This document shows, piece by piece, positions 51,901 to 64,000 of a stretch of 64,000 bases of DNA. Position numbers and translations under genes: made by a program. Numbering within the stretch: position 1 is the stretch's first letter; every line of letters starts with the position of its first letter. This DNA comes from Chrysomallon squamiferum (lineage: Eukaryota > Animalia > Mollusca). Where the stretch lies: contig CM022679.1 of the NCBI GenBank assembly GCA_012295275.1, positions 6,758,001 through 6,822,000 of the forward strand, in the 5' to 3' direction. The notes beneath the pieces are model-generated. The model had not been told where the DNA came from and did not search any database. It saw nothing but the letters and a program-made list of their open reading frames with translations.

Positions 51901-54900
51901 GTTTAATGTCGTGCATAATAAATTTATAAAGACTGGTTAACACCTATTATACAGATTTTTAATTTTTAAATTTTATTTATTGTTTCATAGCTGCAACATG
52001 TCCAGTTGAAACATTACCTCAAGGGTTAAAAACACCAGCTACTGTTAACCCTGCATCACCTGTGAACTACCTCAGCAATGTGACCCTGCAGTGCAATGTT
52101 CCTGGTAAAACTCCATTTGAGAGAATACGCAGATGTCTGTATTCACAACCAGATAACCAATACCGTCTGGATGGAGCACCCTATGAATGTGGAGGTACCA
52201 ACATTTTTCTTCTTTTATAATTTTAATTTTAATGCAAGATAATGAAAAATATTTATGGTTTGGTAAAATTTATTTTTGGGGGGTTTATATTGCAAAACAG
52301 ATTGAAAAATATTTACTAAACTCATATACAATATTCACTGAAAATACTTTCTAAAGTTTTGAAACCTTTTTTATGTATTAGATTAGAAAAATTTGTTTCA
52401 GCAGATTTAAGTTTATCTAATACAGATATTGTTATTGCATAAGAAGATATTTCTAACCATATTAATTATGTAAATATGTTTAGAGATGACTATGACAGCA
52501 TTTGGTTTTATTGTGAATTTTTTATTTAATTTATTATCTTATTCTTCAGATGATAAATTAAATTGAAAAAATCTGTTTGAAATTGGTTCTAACCTAGGTG
52601 TTAATGGAAAATCTTCATTAATGTACAAACTTTCACACCAAACATCTTCAATAATTTTAGAGACAGTGATGCACACATTGCTGTGTTATGTAGATTGTTG
52701 TCTCTTATTTAACTTTTAGTATATTGTTTGAAAAATAGACACTGTATTACATATTAAAGAATTATTTTCACAGAAATCAATTGTGGAGAGCCACCAGAAA
52801 TACCTGGAGCTGTGAAACCTACACCAAACAATACAGTTTTTAATGCTACTTTCACCTTCCAATGTAAAAATCTGTACACTCTGAAAGGAACAAGTCTTGA
52901 TGGAAACAATGAAGTGAGATGTGGAATTGATGGGTACTGGGGATTCAACACTCTTCAATGTTTAGGTAAACTTAGATTTACTTCATTATTTTTGTCCTGA
53001 AGTATTTTTTTCTTTTAAGCTTTAAACATTTTTAAAAACACATTTAGGGTTGTTGATTTAATTGTAAACCTTGTAAAATTTCTAGAGATGGATTTAACAA
53101 AATTTATAAAAAGAACATAGTGTAGAATATTTTTGTTTCAATCAGAAAATACATTCCTTGCAAAAATAAAGCCTAAAAATATTTGGAAACCCTGCCAGTC
53201 ATCTCATTCGAATATAACTGGTTCATTTTCAAGTATAATGGTTCAGTATAATGTTTTTCATTTTGTTCTGGATCCAAACTATAAAATAATATTAAATCAA
53301 AAGTTTAAATTCAGAACGTTTGTTCTAACTATTACTTGACAATTCTGCATGATTTTCATACATTTGATCAGTTCATCAAAAAAACAACCAAGTAAATGCC
53401 CTGACTTCACAGGAATGAAAGAAAATATTTGTCTTGTTTCCAAATATTACATATTTCTAGAATTATTTATATCTAAACTTCAAAACATTAATAACAATAA
53501 TTTCAGGGCAAACATGCACTGACCCAGGTCGACCACCTGATGGTGACCAAGTCAATCAAACAAATCAGTACCAGGAATCAAGTGAAGTCTACTTCAACTG
53601 TTCAAGACCTGGATTTTCTCTTGTTGGTACAAATCCTATCAAGTGTCAGATAAATAATGCAAGCAGTGGTTTGGAGTGGTCTGCTCCTGTTCCAGAATGT
53701 AAAGGTGAACATTATTTAATAATAATAATAAGAAGAAGAAGACGAACAAGAGAAAGAAGAAGAACAACAACAACAACAATAATTATAGCTCACTGAGTTT
53801 CTGGGTTTTTTACATTTCTGTTGATTTTTTCATAGTATATTATATCCTTTTATAAGATTTATCTAGATAATTGGGTATTTTTTATTAATAAATTAATCTT
53901 GTTAAAAAAAAAAAAAATTATTGTTACCTTTGATTGAAAATCATTACATTATTAAAACATTGTTATTTACAACAAAACAAATATCATTAATCTTTATTAA
54001 ATTAATATGCAAGTTATTCAGAAAACTTATCTTCAGTAAATGTTTTTTGGAAACATTTATCTAGATATCAGTAAATACTGACATGCATTTTAGGGGAAAT
54101 GTGATATACTTCTTTAAAGAATAACATTTAAGACTTACCTAATATTTTTCACACATGCATATCTCTATGTATGTGTGTGTACATGTGTGTGTATCTGCAT
54201 GTGTGTGTGTTTGCATTTATGAGTGAGAATGTATGCATGTATGTATATAAGTGAGAGCATGTGTGTATATGTCTTTTGCTGATCACAGAGTTTTTTCTTA
54301 CTTATTTTCATAAATCAAATATATCAAGTATATATATTTATTTGACTCACAGACAAGGAAAAGCCAGCACTGTCAGAATGTTCAGCCACAAAATCTGTCT
54401 CCCTGTACTCCTCAGCAGCCACTGTTGTTCCAGTACCAACAGCAATAGACAATGTCGGAATTGCCTCATTTACAATTTCTCCTCAGTGGCCATCCAAAAC
54501 ATTCATCATATCTGAAGACATGTCCTTCACTTTCACTGCTAGTGATTTTGCAGGAAATATTGTCACATGCACTACAAATATAATGATTAAAGGTTTGTAC
54601 AGTATTATGATTTGTTTCATTACTATCATAATCATGAATCGGCAAATCCAGTAATAAAAAACCTCAATTCAGATTATAAGGTGTTTGTTTCCAGAGCAGT
54701 TCTTCTTAATTAAAGTTGTAGTTTTGAATTCTACATCACAGATACCAAATATATACTGATTCACTAATTTTAATAATAGTTACATAAAACAATCAATTTG
54801 GATCTGTCTGTTTTACCACTTTAGTTTTATCCCTTACTGACAAAATATTTATATTTTATAATTATAATGGATTTTTAATTCATATTAAGTTTTATGTATG

Positions 54901-57900
54901 TTGAAGAAAGTGACAGCTAATATATCATTTAAAAATTTTGATTTAATAAAATCATAGGTTTTCATCATGTAAGCACTGTTAAATAAATAATTTCCATATG
55001 TATATACATCAAGCTATCGATTATTTGTTATGAATATCATCTGATTAAAATTGTTTATCTCACTACTTCCAGATGAAATCAAGCCCACAGTTCAATGTCC
55101 ACCACCTGAAATCAAGTGGATGTTCACTGACACTGAAAATATCACAGAAACTTTTCAAAGTTCTAAAGTAAATGTGTCTGATGACAGTGGTGTTAGTCCA
55201 AATGTCACGTTCAATCCTCCGTCTTTTTTTGCAAACCAGGATTCTGTTAACACTGTGTTTTCTGTACAAGCAACAGCCACAGACAAAGCTGGAAACCAAA
55301 ACACGTGTCAGTTTGAATATTTGATAACAGGTAATAGTGGAGATTATTTTTTAAATCCAGTTTCTAATTTAGAGGAAAGACTGATTCTGAGAGGTTATTT
55401 TTTTTAACTATTTTAAAAGTTATTTTACATTTTCTGTATTGTATCTTGAATAAAAAAAACAAGTTAAAATAACGAAAATTTACTTTAGTCTTATGCCTTC
55501 ATAATTATTGTCAAGCATTTAAATTGTTACTAATACAATAAATCTGTGTAAGCATCTACCTTTTGATCATAATTTGGACTTGAAATTAATTTGTGAAAAT
55601 AATGTTTTTGTCACCAATTGCTGTTCAGTCATTGTTCATTTGACTTACAAATATGAATTCTTTGGGTACATGCATGTGTCATATATGTGTAGGATAGATA
55701 TAATGTTGTTAAAACGATCATAATTGTTTTTATTAAATATTTAAAAATTATGTTGCAGCTGCTCCATGTTCTCCTCTGTCACTGGTCACTCCAGTTCATG
55801 GAAGTAAAACCTGTACATCTAGATCTGGCAATGCTGGATACAACTGTACTCTCACCTGTGATTCAGGATTTGTGTTTTATGAGCAGTCAAACACAACTGC
55901 TGCCCAGAATAGTTTGAATGTCCAGTGTGACATGGGCAAACCATGGACTACAAACATACCTGCCTGTGTTGATGCCAGTAAGTGAAGATATCTTTATATG
56001 CATTGGTTGAACTTACTGATATTCCCTCTATGTATAATGTTACAAAATCAAATTATTTTCCTGCTTTCAAAATAATATTTCCTAATAAATAAATTCAGTA
56101 GACATTTGAGAAAATATTTTTTTTAAATTATGATTTTAAAGTTTAAAACAATTTTCAGATGATAATTTTTCTATGTTTAAAATAATGTTATTTTAGATTT
56201 CAAAACATTTTTACTTGTAAAAAATACCTCAGTTTATTTTTTCAAATCAGTGACATTAGCAGTCTCCATAAAATTTGTTTTTTATTATTATTTCTCAGAT
56301 CTTTTCTATTTTCTCTCATTACAGAAACTATTTTGGCAAAATACAAACAGACATTTGAAGTTCATTATAATTTCACTGTTTTGGTCAATGAAACATGCAA
56401 GTCTGTATATGCAGAACATGTCAAAAATAAATTTGCAGTATCATTGTTTTTGGATACATTTGCTAAAGTTTGTTCTAATAATCTAGAAAATGCAACAGTC
56501 TCAGGAATAGATATACTTCATCCAAATGATGACATCATTATCAATGACAATGAGAAGACTGTAAGCATTTCTAGTTCATCAGGTTCAATCTAAATGCTAA
56601 ACAAAATAATGCATTTGCTATAAGAAATAATCTTTAATGTAATTTATATTTTTATACATAAACAGTGTAAGCAAATAAAATCTTCAGGTCATTTTAAAAA
56701 TGTTATTTATTATAATAATAACTAATAGAACCTAAGTCATTATATGAGATTTTTTAATGCAATTTGTATTTACTTTTGCAAAAATGCTTAAATTAATAGA
56801 CTGTATAAATTTGTAATTAAATATATATTTTTAATTAAATATTGATTATTTATTTATTTGTAATAATTCTCTATTCTGTATATTAGTAAATTTTTAAAAT
56901 AAATTTTGGAATGTATTTCTGATACGAATATCTATAATTCAGTTGACAATACAAAACTGTTATATTTTTAGGCCTACATCAACTACACTGTGTCATTTAG
57001 TGGTATTGATAAATCTATTTATCCCAATTGTGCATCACTCCTAAAATCTTTTGTTGAGAACAATGCTACCAAACAGGCTGCAGCAATGACAACTCTTTTG
57101 CATTCAGTTCCCAACTGTCCTCAGTTAAATGTGATGCCTCAGTCTGATGGAAAAGTGGCTGTGGAGGTTTCAAAAGGAAATACTTGTCCACTTGACAAGA
57201 AGAAATCTTTATATAATAATCTGGAGATCTGTTGTGAGTATTTGATAATTAGTTGTAGTATACTTTTACATTCTTCTTATTATCGCTAAAAACGGTAACA
57301 ATGTTGGCATTTTAAACAAATCCAGTACACAAACATCTGATGAAAATTATGTACTCTAAAGATATATCTGACTGGCAGACTAAATTTAACAAAGTAGAAA
57401 TGACCATAGAGAAGGGAATGAAATTTTAAAAATTAATTTTTATTAAATTATTTCATTTCTTTCATATCAGATATTTTATAAATGATTTTATTTATCAGAA
57501 CAAAAAAAAAAAAAGACAAAAGAAGAATTTGTTTTTAAATATTGGAGAATGAATAACGTTAATAAGGACATTTCATTTTCCTATGTACTGAGCAAATTTC
57601 CATCAGCATGGACCAAATTTTGCCAGATTAGAAGGCCACATAAATCAATAAAAGTTCATTTATATAAAACATACATGAGTACTCGTTTTGAAAATTATTT
57701 TGAAAAGTTAAAGGTCATGACTAATTATAATTGTGTTGTATTGAATGAACAAAGAGGATACAACTTTGCATATTGAACACCTGTTTGGACAAATTTTCCC
57801 TGGTCTCTCCTGAAATGTAATGACAGATTTTATTTTATTTCTCTCTTTCTTTCTTTAAAGTGGAATGCCCCAAAGGCACATTTAATAATGGAGGCAGTAC

Positions 57901-60900
57901 ATGTCAGCTGTGTGCTGTTGGTATGTACAGTGACAAGCCAGGTCAGAAAAACTGTACAAGGTGTGGGTCTGATACTAGTACTTACCAGACAGGAAGTACA
58001 TCACAGTCACAGTGTTTAGGTATTTTGTACATTTTAGTTACATTCCTTCAAAGGAAGTAGCAAAATATAAAATTAAACAATATTTTTAAATAAATTTGTT
58101 TCACATAAGATCCTAGATCCTTATCCTATCATAATATGTTTTATCATTGTTGATATTATTTAATGAACAAATTAGTTTCTGCTAAAATTAATTCAGATCT
58201 GGATTAAAATACATGAAATTTAACATTTTGGTAAAAATATACTCACAATTAGAAATTATTGTGTAAAATATTACATATATATACACAAGCTTCAGTTCCA
58301 TGTTTATTTTCAAGTTTCATTTAACAGGTAATTTTTGAAAGATTAAACAAACTTTTTAAAACACTCTTGGTTTATTCAGATGAAAACATGAGCAATATAT
58401 GGTTGTAGTTTTGTAAATCATTTTTGTTATAGTGTTTTACAAATCTGAGTATTTGTTATCTGGTCAGTGTTTTAAACAGATTGTTATAAAACATCTAAAA
58501 TATTTAGCTGAATGTTTTATTAATATGAAAGGAATTTATTTTAAATTCAATAAAGTATTAGTGAAATAATAACAACATACACATATTTTTTGTTAAACAT
58601 ATTTTTTGTTAAACATATTTTTTTCTCTTTTGAAAATGTTTCCTAGCAGATTGATCTAACTGATTTGTCTTATTTTATTTAAAATAAAGAGTTTAGATAT
58701 TTTTTATTTGTTCTATATTATTTATGTTTGTATTTGTAAATTAAAAATTTTATATTTAGTCACTTAAAAAACCATGCTTATGCATACTAATATGTTTGCA
58801 CATAAGCATATAGATTTTTTTATGCACATCCATACATATAAACAAAAATGTTTATTTATTTTAGCTACTTGTCCACGTGGATCATACTCAGAAAACCAGC
58901 TACAGCCCTGTGCTCACTGTCCTCTGAATACTTACTGGTTTAACACTACGCACTGTAAACCATGTCCTGCAGATTCTATCACACGTCAGACTGGAGCAAC
59001 TTCTATTTCTATGTGTAAAGGTAAATAAGTTGACCTGTATCTTGACAGGTATTTGAACTGTGAGGTATGTTTTAACAGAGCTCACTGACTTCAGAAGATA
59101 ATTATTTTATTAATATTGTTTATTTACTTATTTATTTATTTTTCTTGTTGAATCACAATTTAATGCTATTATTTTTGAGATAAAGAAATAAATAAAATGA
59201 ACTTTTATACTGTATATAATTTATCTTGCAAAAATAATCAAACATTTATAAACAACATCATGTGTATTCTGAAAATTAGAATAGAATAAGTTAAAATAGT
59301 GATTGTATGTGTGGTAATTTGTACTGAACTGAATGTTTCTGTCAATTGAAACAAATGTTCTGATTTAAAACATAGATGTGTTGACATAAAATAGTGTGTA
59401 GTTAAAATGAAATACTGATATATGTTTGCAACATAGTACATACAATTTATATTGATAGACGAAATACAAATATCTGTTTTGTGTGCTTTTATGGGTGAAA
59501 TTATGATGTCTATGAGTGTTTTCACTCACATTGTTGTTACTGTTGTTATTGTTTGTTGTTTTTGGTGTATTCATTTATTTTAAATTTGCTTATTTCATAA
59601 ATCATTTACACCTTGTACCAAACTATTATTTAGCTTTTTAAAACTAAAGCTTTTGTCAGTACTGGACTGCTAATGATCTATCAAAACATGAATTTTTGTA
59701 TTATCCTGATTTATTGAAATCGTATTATTAAAGATGTAAACTTTCATGTGTGTTATTGTAACCACATGTAATATTTTTTAAACATTTCTTCTTCTTTTCA
59801 AACAGCCAAGTGTCCCAAAGGGTCATACAATTCTTTTGATGGTTATGAGCCGTGTTCGTCATGTCCAAAAGATTTTTATCAAGATCAGAAAGGACAAAAG
59901 CTGTGTATTCGTTGTCCAGATACTCAAATAACAACAACAAATGGTTCAGTTTCTTCTACTAATTGTACAAACAATGGTAAAAAAAAAGTATTAATTGGTT
60001 TTACAATAAATGAAAAACACAATAGATCCTAATTTCAGATGTTATTAATGGGTTAAATCCACAAAGGTTTAGCAGTATAGAAAATAAAACTCCTTACTAT
60101 GTATATAATCGTGAATTATATTATAATATAAGTTTGACAAAACATATAATCTAAAGTTCATGCCATATTTATTTTGTACTTTCAAAAATATATGTAAATG
60201 AATGCAGATCAGTTTCAAATATTTATAAATAATAATTGCTGAGATGAGTTATTTTTTTAATTTAATAGAGTCGGCTGTATGTAATGTAATGGCTTGCTAT
60301 AACAGGACTCATGCATTGTTAAACATCAAAGTGCTGTCTGTAACTGCAATCCAGGTATCTTTCATTACTTTTTCTTATTTCCTAGAGAAACAAATAAATA
60401 TTTAAAATATTTAAATTAAGACTAACAGATAAATGATTTTAATAATGTAAGAAATTAAGAAATCCAAAATAATGTTGAGTAAGAACTGTGGCTATTTCAA
60501 TTTTTAAACATTTGAGATTCAGAAAGTTTTACTTCAGTGATAATTATTCTAATAACAGCAATGATACAGTTCTATGATTTAATACAATAGGTCAAAATAA
60601 CTGTTTGGATATATGCAGGAATTTGCATTTCCTATTATTTTCTTTAAAATACAAAAACGACCTTTGAGTTATTAAACAACAGTGCCATTGTGAAGCTCAT
60701 AGTTGTATTTATTGAAAATGTGAAATGAAGAAAGTAAGAACAGTCTGAAATGAAGAAGAAAGCTATCTGATGTAAATGTCTGATTTATTGTCAGGATATT
60801 AATTTTTCTAAATCTTCTATAAAACTAAACAAATTCAGTTTTAATGATAATTTTGCAGGTTATACAGGCGAGAAATGCGAAACAGTTATTAATCAGTGTC

Positions 60901-63776
60901 GGTCAGGTCCTTGTTTCAATGGTGGAACATGTGTTCAGAATGCCACCAGCTACTACTGTCAGTGTAAACAAGGTAACACAATTAAAACATTAGAAAAAAT
61001 AGTTGTTTTTCTCTTATTAATATGCATGTATATTAACCAAAACATATGTTGACCAAATGACAGTTGCCAGAAAACTAATATGTGATGTCCATTTACATCA
61101 AACTATTTTCTGGATGTGGGGGCTGTTGTCATGACTTCTCTATTCTCCGTACTTAACTCATGGCAAAGTCCTGAGGAAAAATGACTTAAGTAAGAAAAAT
61201 GTCCAAAAACTAATTATTATAAACTATATAGATCAGTTATGATTACAGATAATAAATACTCTTTTTATTTTTTTAATATCATACGCTAAATATCACTCAG
61301 TTATTAATCATTCCTCTCATTATGTTTGGAGTATTATTTAATGTTCCTATTTATAGAATGTTCATTGAAATGTCTAGATTTCCTGTCATTGAAAATATTG
61401 AAATTAAACAATGAAATTATAAATCAGATAATTTTTTTTTTTTTTATTAAAAATATATACTTTGTGCATTTTGTTTATAACAATGTTTAGGCACTCAGGG
61501 AAATAACTGTGAAGAGGATATTGATGAATGTTCTTCAAATCCATGTAAAAATGGAGGAATGTGTCAGAATCAAATCAATGGATACAAATGTCACTGTTTT
61601 GCTGGATATGGTGGACATGAGTAAGTTTTATTGATATTGGATCATTTAAAAACAATATTTTAACATTATTTATTCCAGTCATTGTTTTGGTCATCATATT
61701 TGCAGTACTAACAAACCATAAAAAAAAGTTTTAAGAGAACATTTTTCTGATATTAAACTTTATTATTGTTATTAATAACTGTAGAAAAATATTTTTAGAT
61801 TTGTAACAAGTTGACAAAATGAATCATTATTCTGAAAGCTTGAAATATTTAGTATTCATTTATCTTTGACATACTTTTCATTTATAAAGATCATTTATAA
61901 ATAATATTCTTTTTTTCTACATAATCTGTTATCTCTTTTGATATGTTGCTGTAATAAATAATTTCAGACTTTCAAAATACATTTTTAATAATCAATGACC
62001 ATTAAGCAACACAATAACTTGGGATTCCTAATAGCAAGGTGCAAATTATGAAAATTTAGTTTTTGTTGAAATTATTTGCTAAAGGGCTTAGTAGTACTAT
62101 CTGGATCTGTTTACAATTTTTAAAACAAAAAAAACATATATCCTGAAACTTTGAGTATGGATAAGATCTATTAATAATGTGAGAGAGATCTCATATGCTC
62201 TTAAAGTTAACATTCCCATTTGTATTTGTGGATAAGATCTATTCATAATAAGATTTCCTGTATTCTCTTAAAGTTAATTTTTTGTATATTAAGCTGTACA
62301 GTTTTAACGTTAAAAACTTAAAGTAATATATTTGTTAGCTAATATTATATAGCCAAGATGGTTTCAGATTTAGCTTTCTACATGTTTCATTAGAATAAAT
62401 ATGAATTTAATTGACATGATACACTTAAAATACATGTTTTGTTTTATTATTATATGACTCTTTTTTTTTAGCTGTTCAACTGTTGAACCTGTCTGTACAA
62501 CTCATCCTTGCAAGAAGGGTGCTACTTGTGTACCCTTGGGAAACATCCGCAGAAAATGTCAATGTCAGGCTGGTTACACTGCAGAAGACTGCTCACAGGA
62601 AATAGGTGAATTTATTAGCCAACAATTTCAGCAAGAAAGAAAAAGCAACCAGTTCATTTTGTTGTAGTTATTTATCATTATCAGTTATTAAATTTAAAAA
62701 AAACAAAAAAAACATTCTTTTTCATAATACAGTTCTATAAATAAGCTTTTCTCACAGCTGGCATTATTACTATTTATAAATATTAAATACGCAACATACC
62801 ACATTCAAAAAGAGTCTTGTAAAACAAATTTATTTGTTTTTCTCATAACAGATGACTGTGAATCAAATCCTTGTTATTATGGAGGCACGTGTAAAGATAA
62901 ACATCTTGGTTTTGAATGTACTTGTCCATCTGGCTACACTGGACAGCAGTGTGAGAATCCTCCTCAGCAGTGTCGTGGTGTGCAGTGTGGACCTGGGCAG
63001 TGTGTGGCAGACCACATTCACAACACATACCAGTGTGTTTGCAATGCCGGAATGCTCTATGGTAAGTTTGTTATTTTTCACAAATTTTAATTATCTAAAT
63101 AATAGATGACAGTTATAAAAACTATTCATCTGTAAGAATTCTGAATCACAAACAGTCTTTGATTAGTTGTTTAAAGTCATAATGTCTTAATATTCAATAC
63201 ATATGGTCTTTTTAAATAGAATATAAAGTGCAAAACATCGTAACTGCATTATACATTATGATAATGTTAATAATAACTGTTGTATAGAATTTCAGACATA
63301 TATTTGGATATTCAGTTACCATGATACATCTATCTAAGTTTAAACTGTGTTTATCTCTCCATATAATAGCAGAACAGAAATGTGTTGAGTGGATCATTAA
63401 ACAGAAAATTTCTTCTTTCCTTCTTCCTGTGTAATTTAATAAAGAATTATTTTAAAGAAGTTTATCATTGGTAAAATTGAAAATGATTAAATTATAATAA
63501 CTGAGGAATTTTGAAATTTTAACAAATTTATTGCAGGAAAATTCTGTCAGTACAGATTTTTATTACGAAAGCAGATGACAACCCCAGCAAACAAAAAATC
63601 ACAAAGAAATGAAACTGCAGAGAGCTGTCAAAAGATTTGTGATGAGGACTATAACTGTCATGCTTTTACATACAATGCCACCAACAAAATGTGTTTATTG
63701 CATGGAGAGTCAACTACAAACTTAACTAAATCGGATACCACAAATTACTACGTCAAAACATGTGATGATCAGTCAG
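34136..63776 (+). CDS. Gene B (3'-partial): Uninflatable-like C-type lectin/LDLa/CUB/sushi/EGF/HYR multidomain protein, 5' half, 36 exons
   Basis: ATG at 34136 with signal peptide [18 protein letters not shown]|SQA, then a phase-compatible exon chain to 63776. The order CTL-LDLa-CUBx3-sushi-EGF-sushi-HYRx2-sushi-linker-ephrin-rec-like x3-EGF resembles Drosophila Uninflatable. Two 1-nt frameshifts (about 50126 and 60305). Confidence 0.88.
39071..39166 (+). CDS. Gene B LDL-receptor class A exon
   Basis: (CPE)[32 protein letters not shown]. Confidence 0.9.
39540..39762. repeat. Degenerate ~41-bp AT-rich minisatellite (continues at 42292-42360), target of the transposon
   Basis: TTCTTAA recurs at 39674, 39715 and 39756 (period 41). 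TTTTACAAATAAAACAGTT occurs on both sides of the insertion. Confidence 0.7.
39763..42291. mobile_element. Non-autonomous piggyBac-like DNA transposon (MITE-type) with internal tandem array
   Basis: TTAA at 39759-39762 and 42292-42295. The 14-bp TIRs are CACCTTCGGTGCTG (39763-39776) and CAGCACCAAAGGTG (42278-42291), matching at 13 of 14 positions. No transposase ORF. Confidence 0.8.
39769..42130. repeat. 45-bp tandem repeat array (about 52 copies)
   Basis: Unit approximately GGGTGCTGAATGACAGAGATCTCTGCCATGCAGTACATATAGATA, head-to-tail with no spacers. Confidence 0.97.
42500..45715 (+). CDS. Gene B three CUB domains (exons 42500-42633, 43253-43463, 43974-44131, 44538-44736, 45082-45248, 45550-45715)
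   Basis: [22 protein letters not shown]...[16 protein letters not shown]; MTSPFY...GKGFRFKY; [21 protein letters not shown]...[16 protein letters not shown]. Confidence 0.9.
46336..53704 (+). CDS. Gene B sushi (CCP) x4, cbEGF x2, sushi x4 exons
   Basis: Exons 46336-46560, 47620-47808, 48452-48634, 48984-49172 (sushi); 49528-49644, 49959-50149 (DIDEC/DINEC EGF); 50846-51025, 51991-52194, 52774-52965, 53507-53704 (sushi). Typical C..P....G....C..G(Y/F).L.G....C...G.W....P.C pattern. Confidence 0.9.
54353..57233 (+). CDS. Gene B HYR x2, sushi and linker exons (54353-54592, 55073-55330, 55759-55977, 56325-56560, 56972-57233)
   Basis: DKEKP...PTAIDNVG...[13 protein letters not shown]; [10 protein letters not shown]...[13 protein letters not shown]; [16 protein letters not shown]...[11 protein letters not shown]. 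Confidence 0.85.
57861..63776 (+). CDS. Gene B ephrin-receptor-like x3, EGF array and PAN exons
   Basis: Exons 57861-58019, 58865-59020, 59806-59976 (GCC2/GCC3-like); 60269-60354, 60859-60972, 61491-61620, 62472-62605, 62852-63061 (EGF); 63537-63776 (PAN). Confidence 0.88.
62461..63064 (+). repeat. Near-identical copy of 3161-3762
   Basis: Two EGF exons and the intron between them are almost identical in genes A and B. Confidence 0.95.
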
Positions 63777-64000
63777 GTAAATATGTGTATATGACTAAAA
63801 ATGGCAAGTTTTTAATTTTATTTCAATATATATTAAAATATGTTGACTATTATTTATCATCATATGAATGTAAAACAATATAATAATATTGTGCTGAGAA
63901 CTGAAACTGACTATAAAAAGATACTGTTCAGTTTATTAAATTATTAAAAAATATTTATTAAATTCTAGACAGTAATAATTTGTTAAATAAAATAGTTTAT

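Noticed and set aside
4534-60306. Programmed frameshifting or insertional RNA editing to explain four -1 lesions
   Set aside because: The lesions fall in short homopolymers with no shared slippery or structural signal. Sequencing error is far more parsimonious.

Overview
Very AT-rich, CpG-depleted eukaryotic (invertebrate animal, possibly molluscan) genomic DNA with no prokaryotic features. The window holds two head-to-tail, intron-rich + strand genes for giant cysteine-rich type I membrane proteins of the Uninflatable/SVEP1-like class. Gene A is seen as its 3' half (about 42 exons, 3172-31416): EGF, PAN/apple, WxxW, EGF array, pentraxin/LamG, HYR, sushi, furin-site linker, 16 ephrin-receptor-like Cys-rich exons, 2 EGF, TM, and a tail with FxNPxY. 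Gene B is seen as its 5' half (36 exons, 34136-63776, running off the end): signal peptide, C-type lectin, LDLa, 3 CUB, sushi, cbEGF, HYR, ephrin-receptor-like, EGF, PAN. The two overlap in homologous exons about 59.3 kb apart, with a near-identical ~600 bp tract beside a strongly diverged PAN exon. Intron 6 of gene B carries a TTAA-flanked, TIR-bounded piggyBac-like non-autonomous element whose interior is an array of about 52 x 45-bp repeats related to its own TIR. Four single-base frameshifts and one damaged exon may be assembly errors or real decay. All exon calls and domain names come from manual reading and translation, not database searches.
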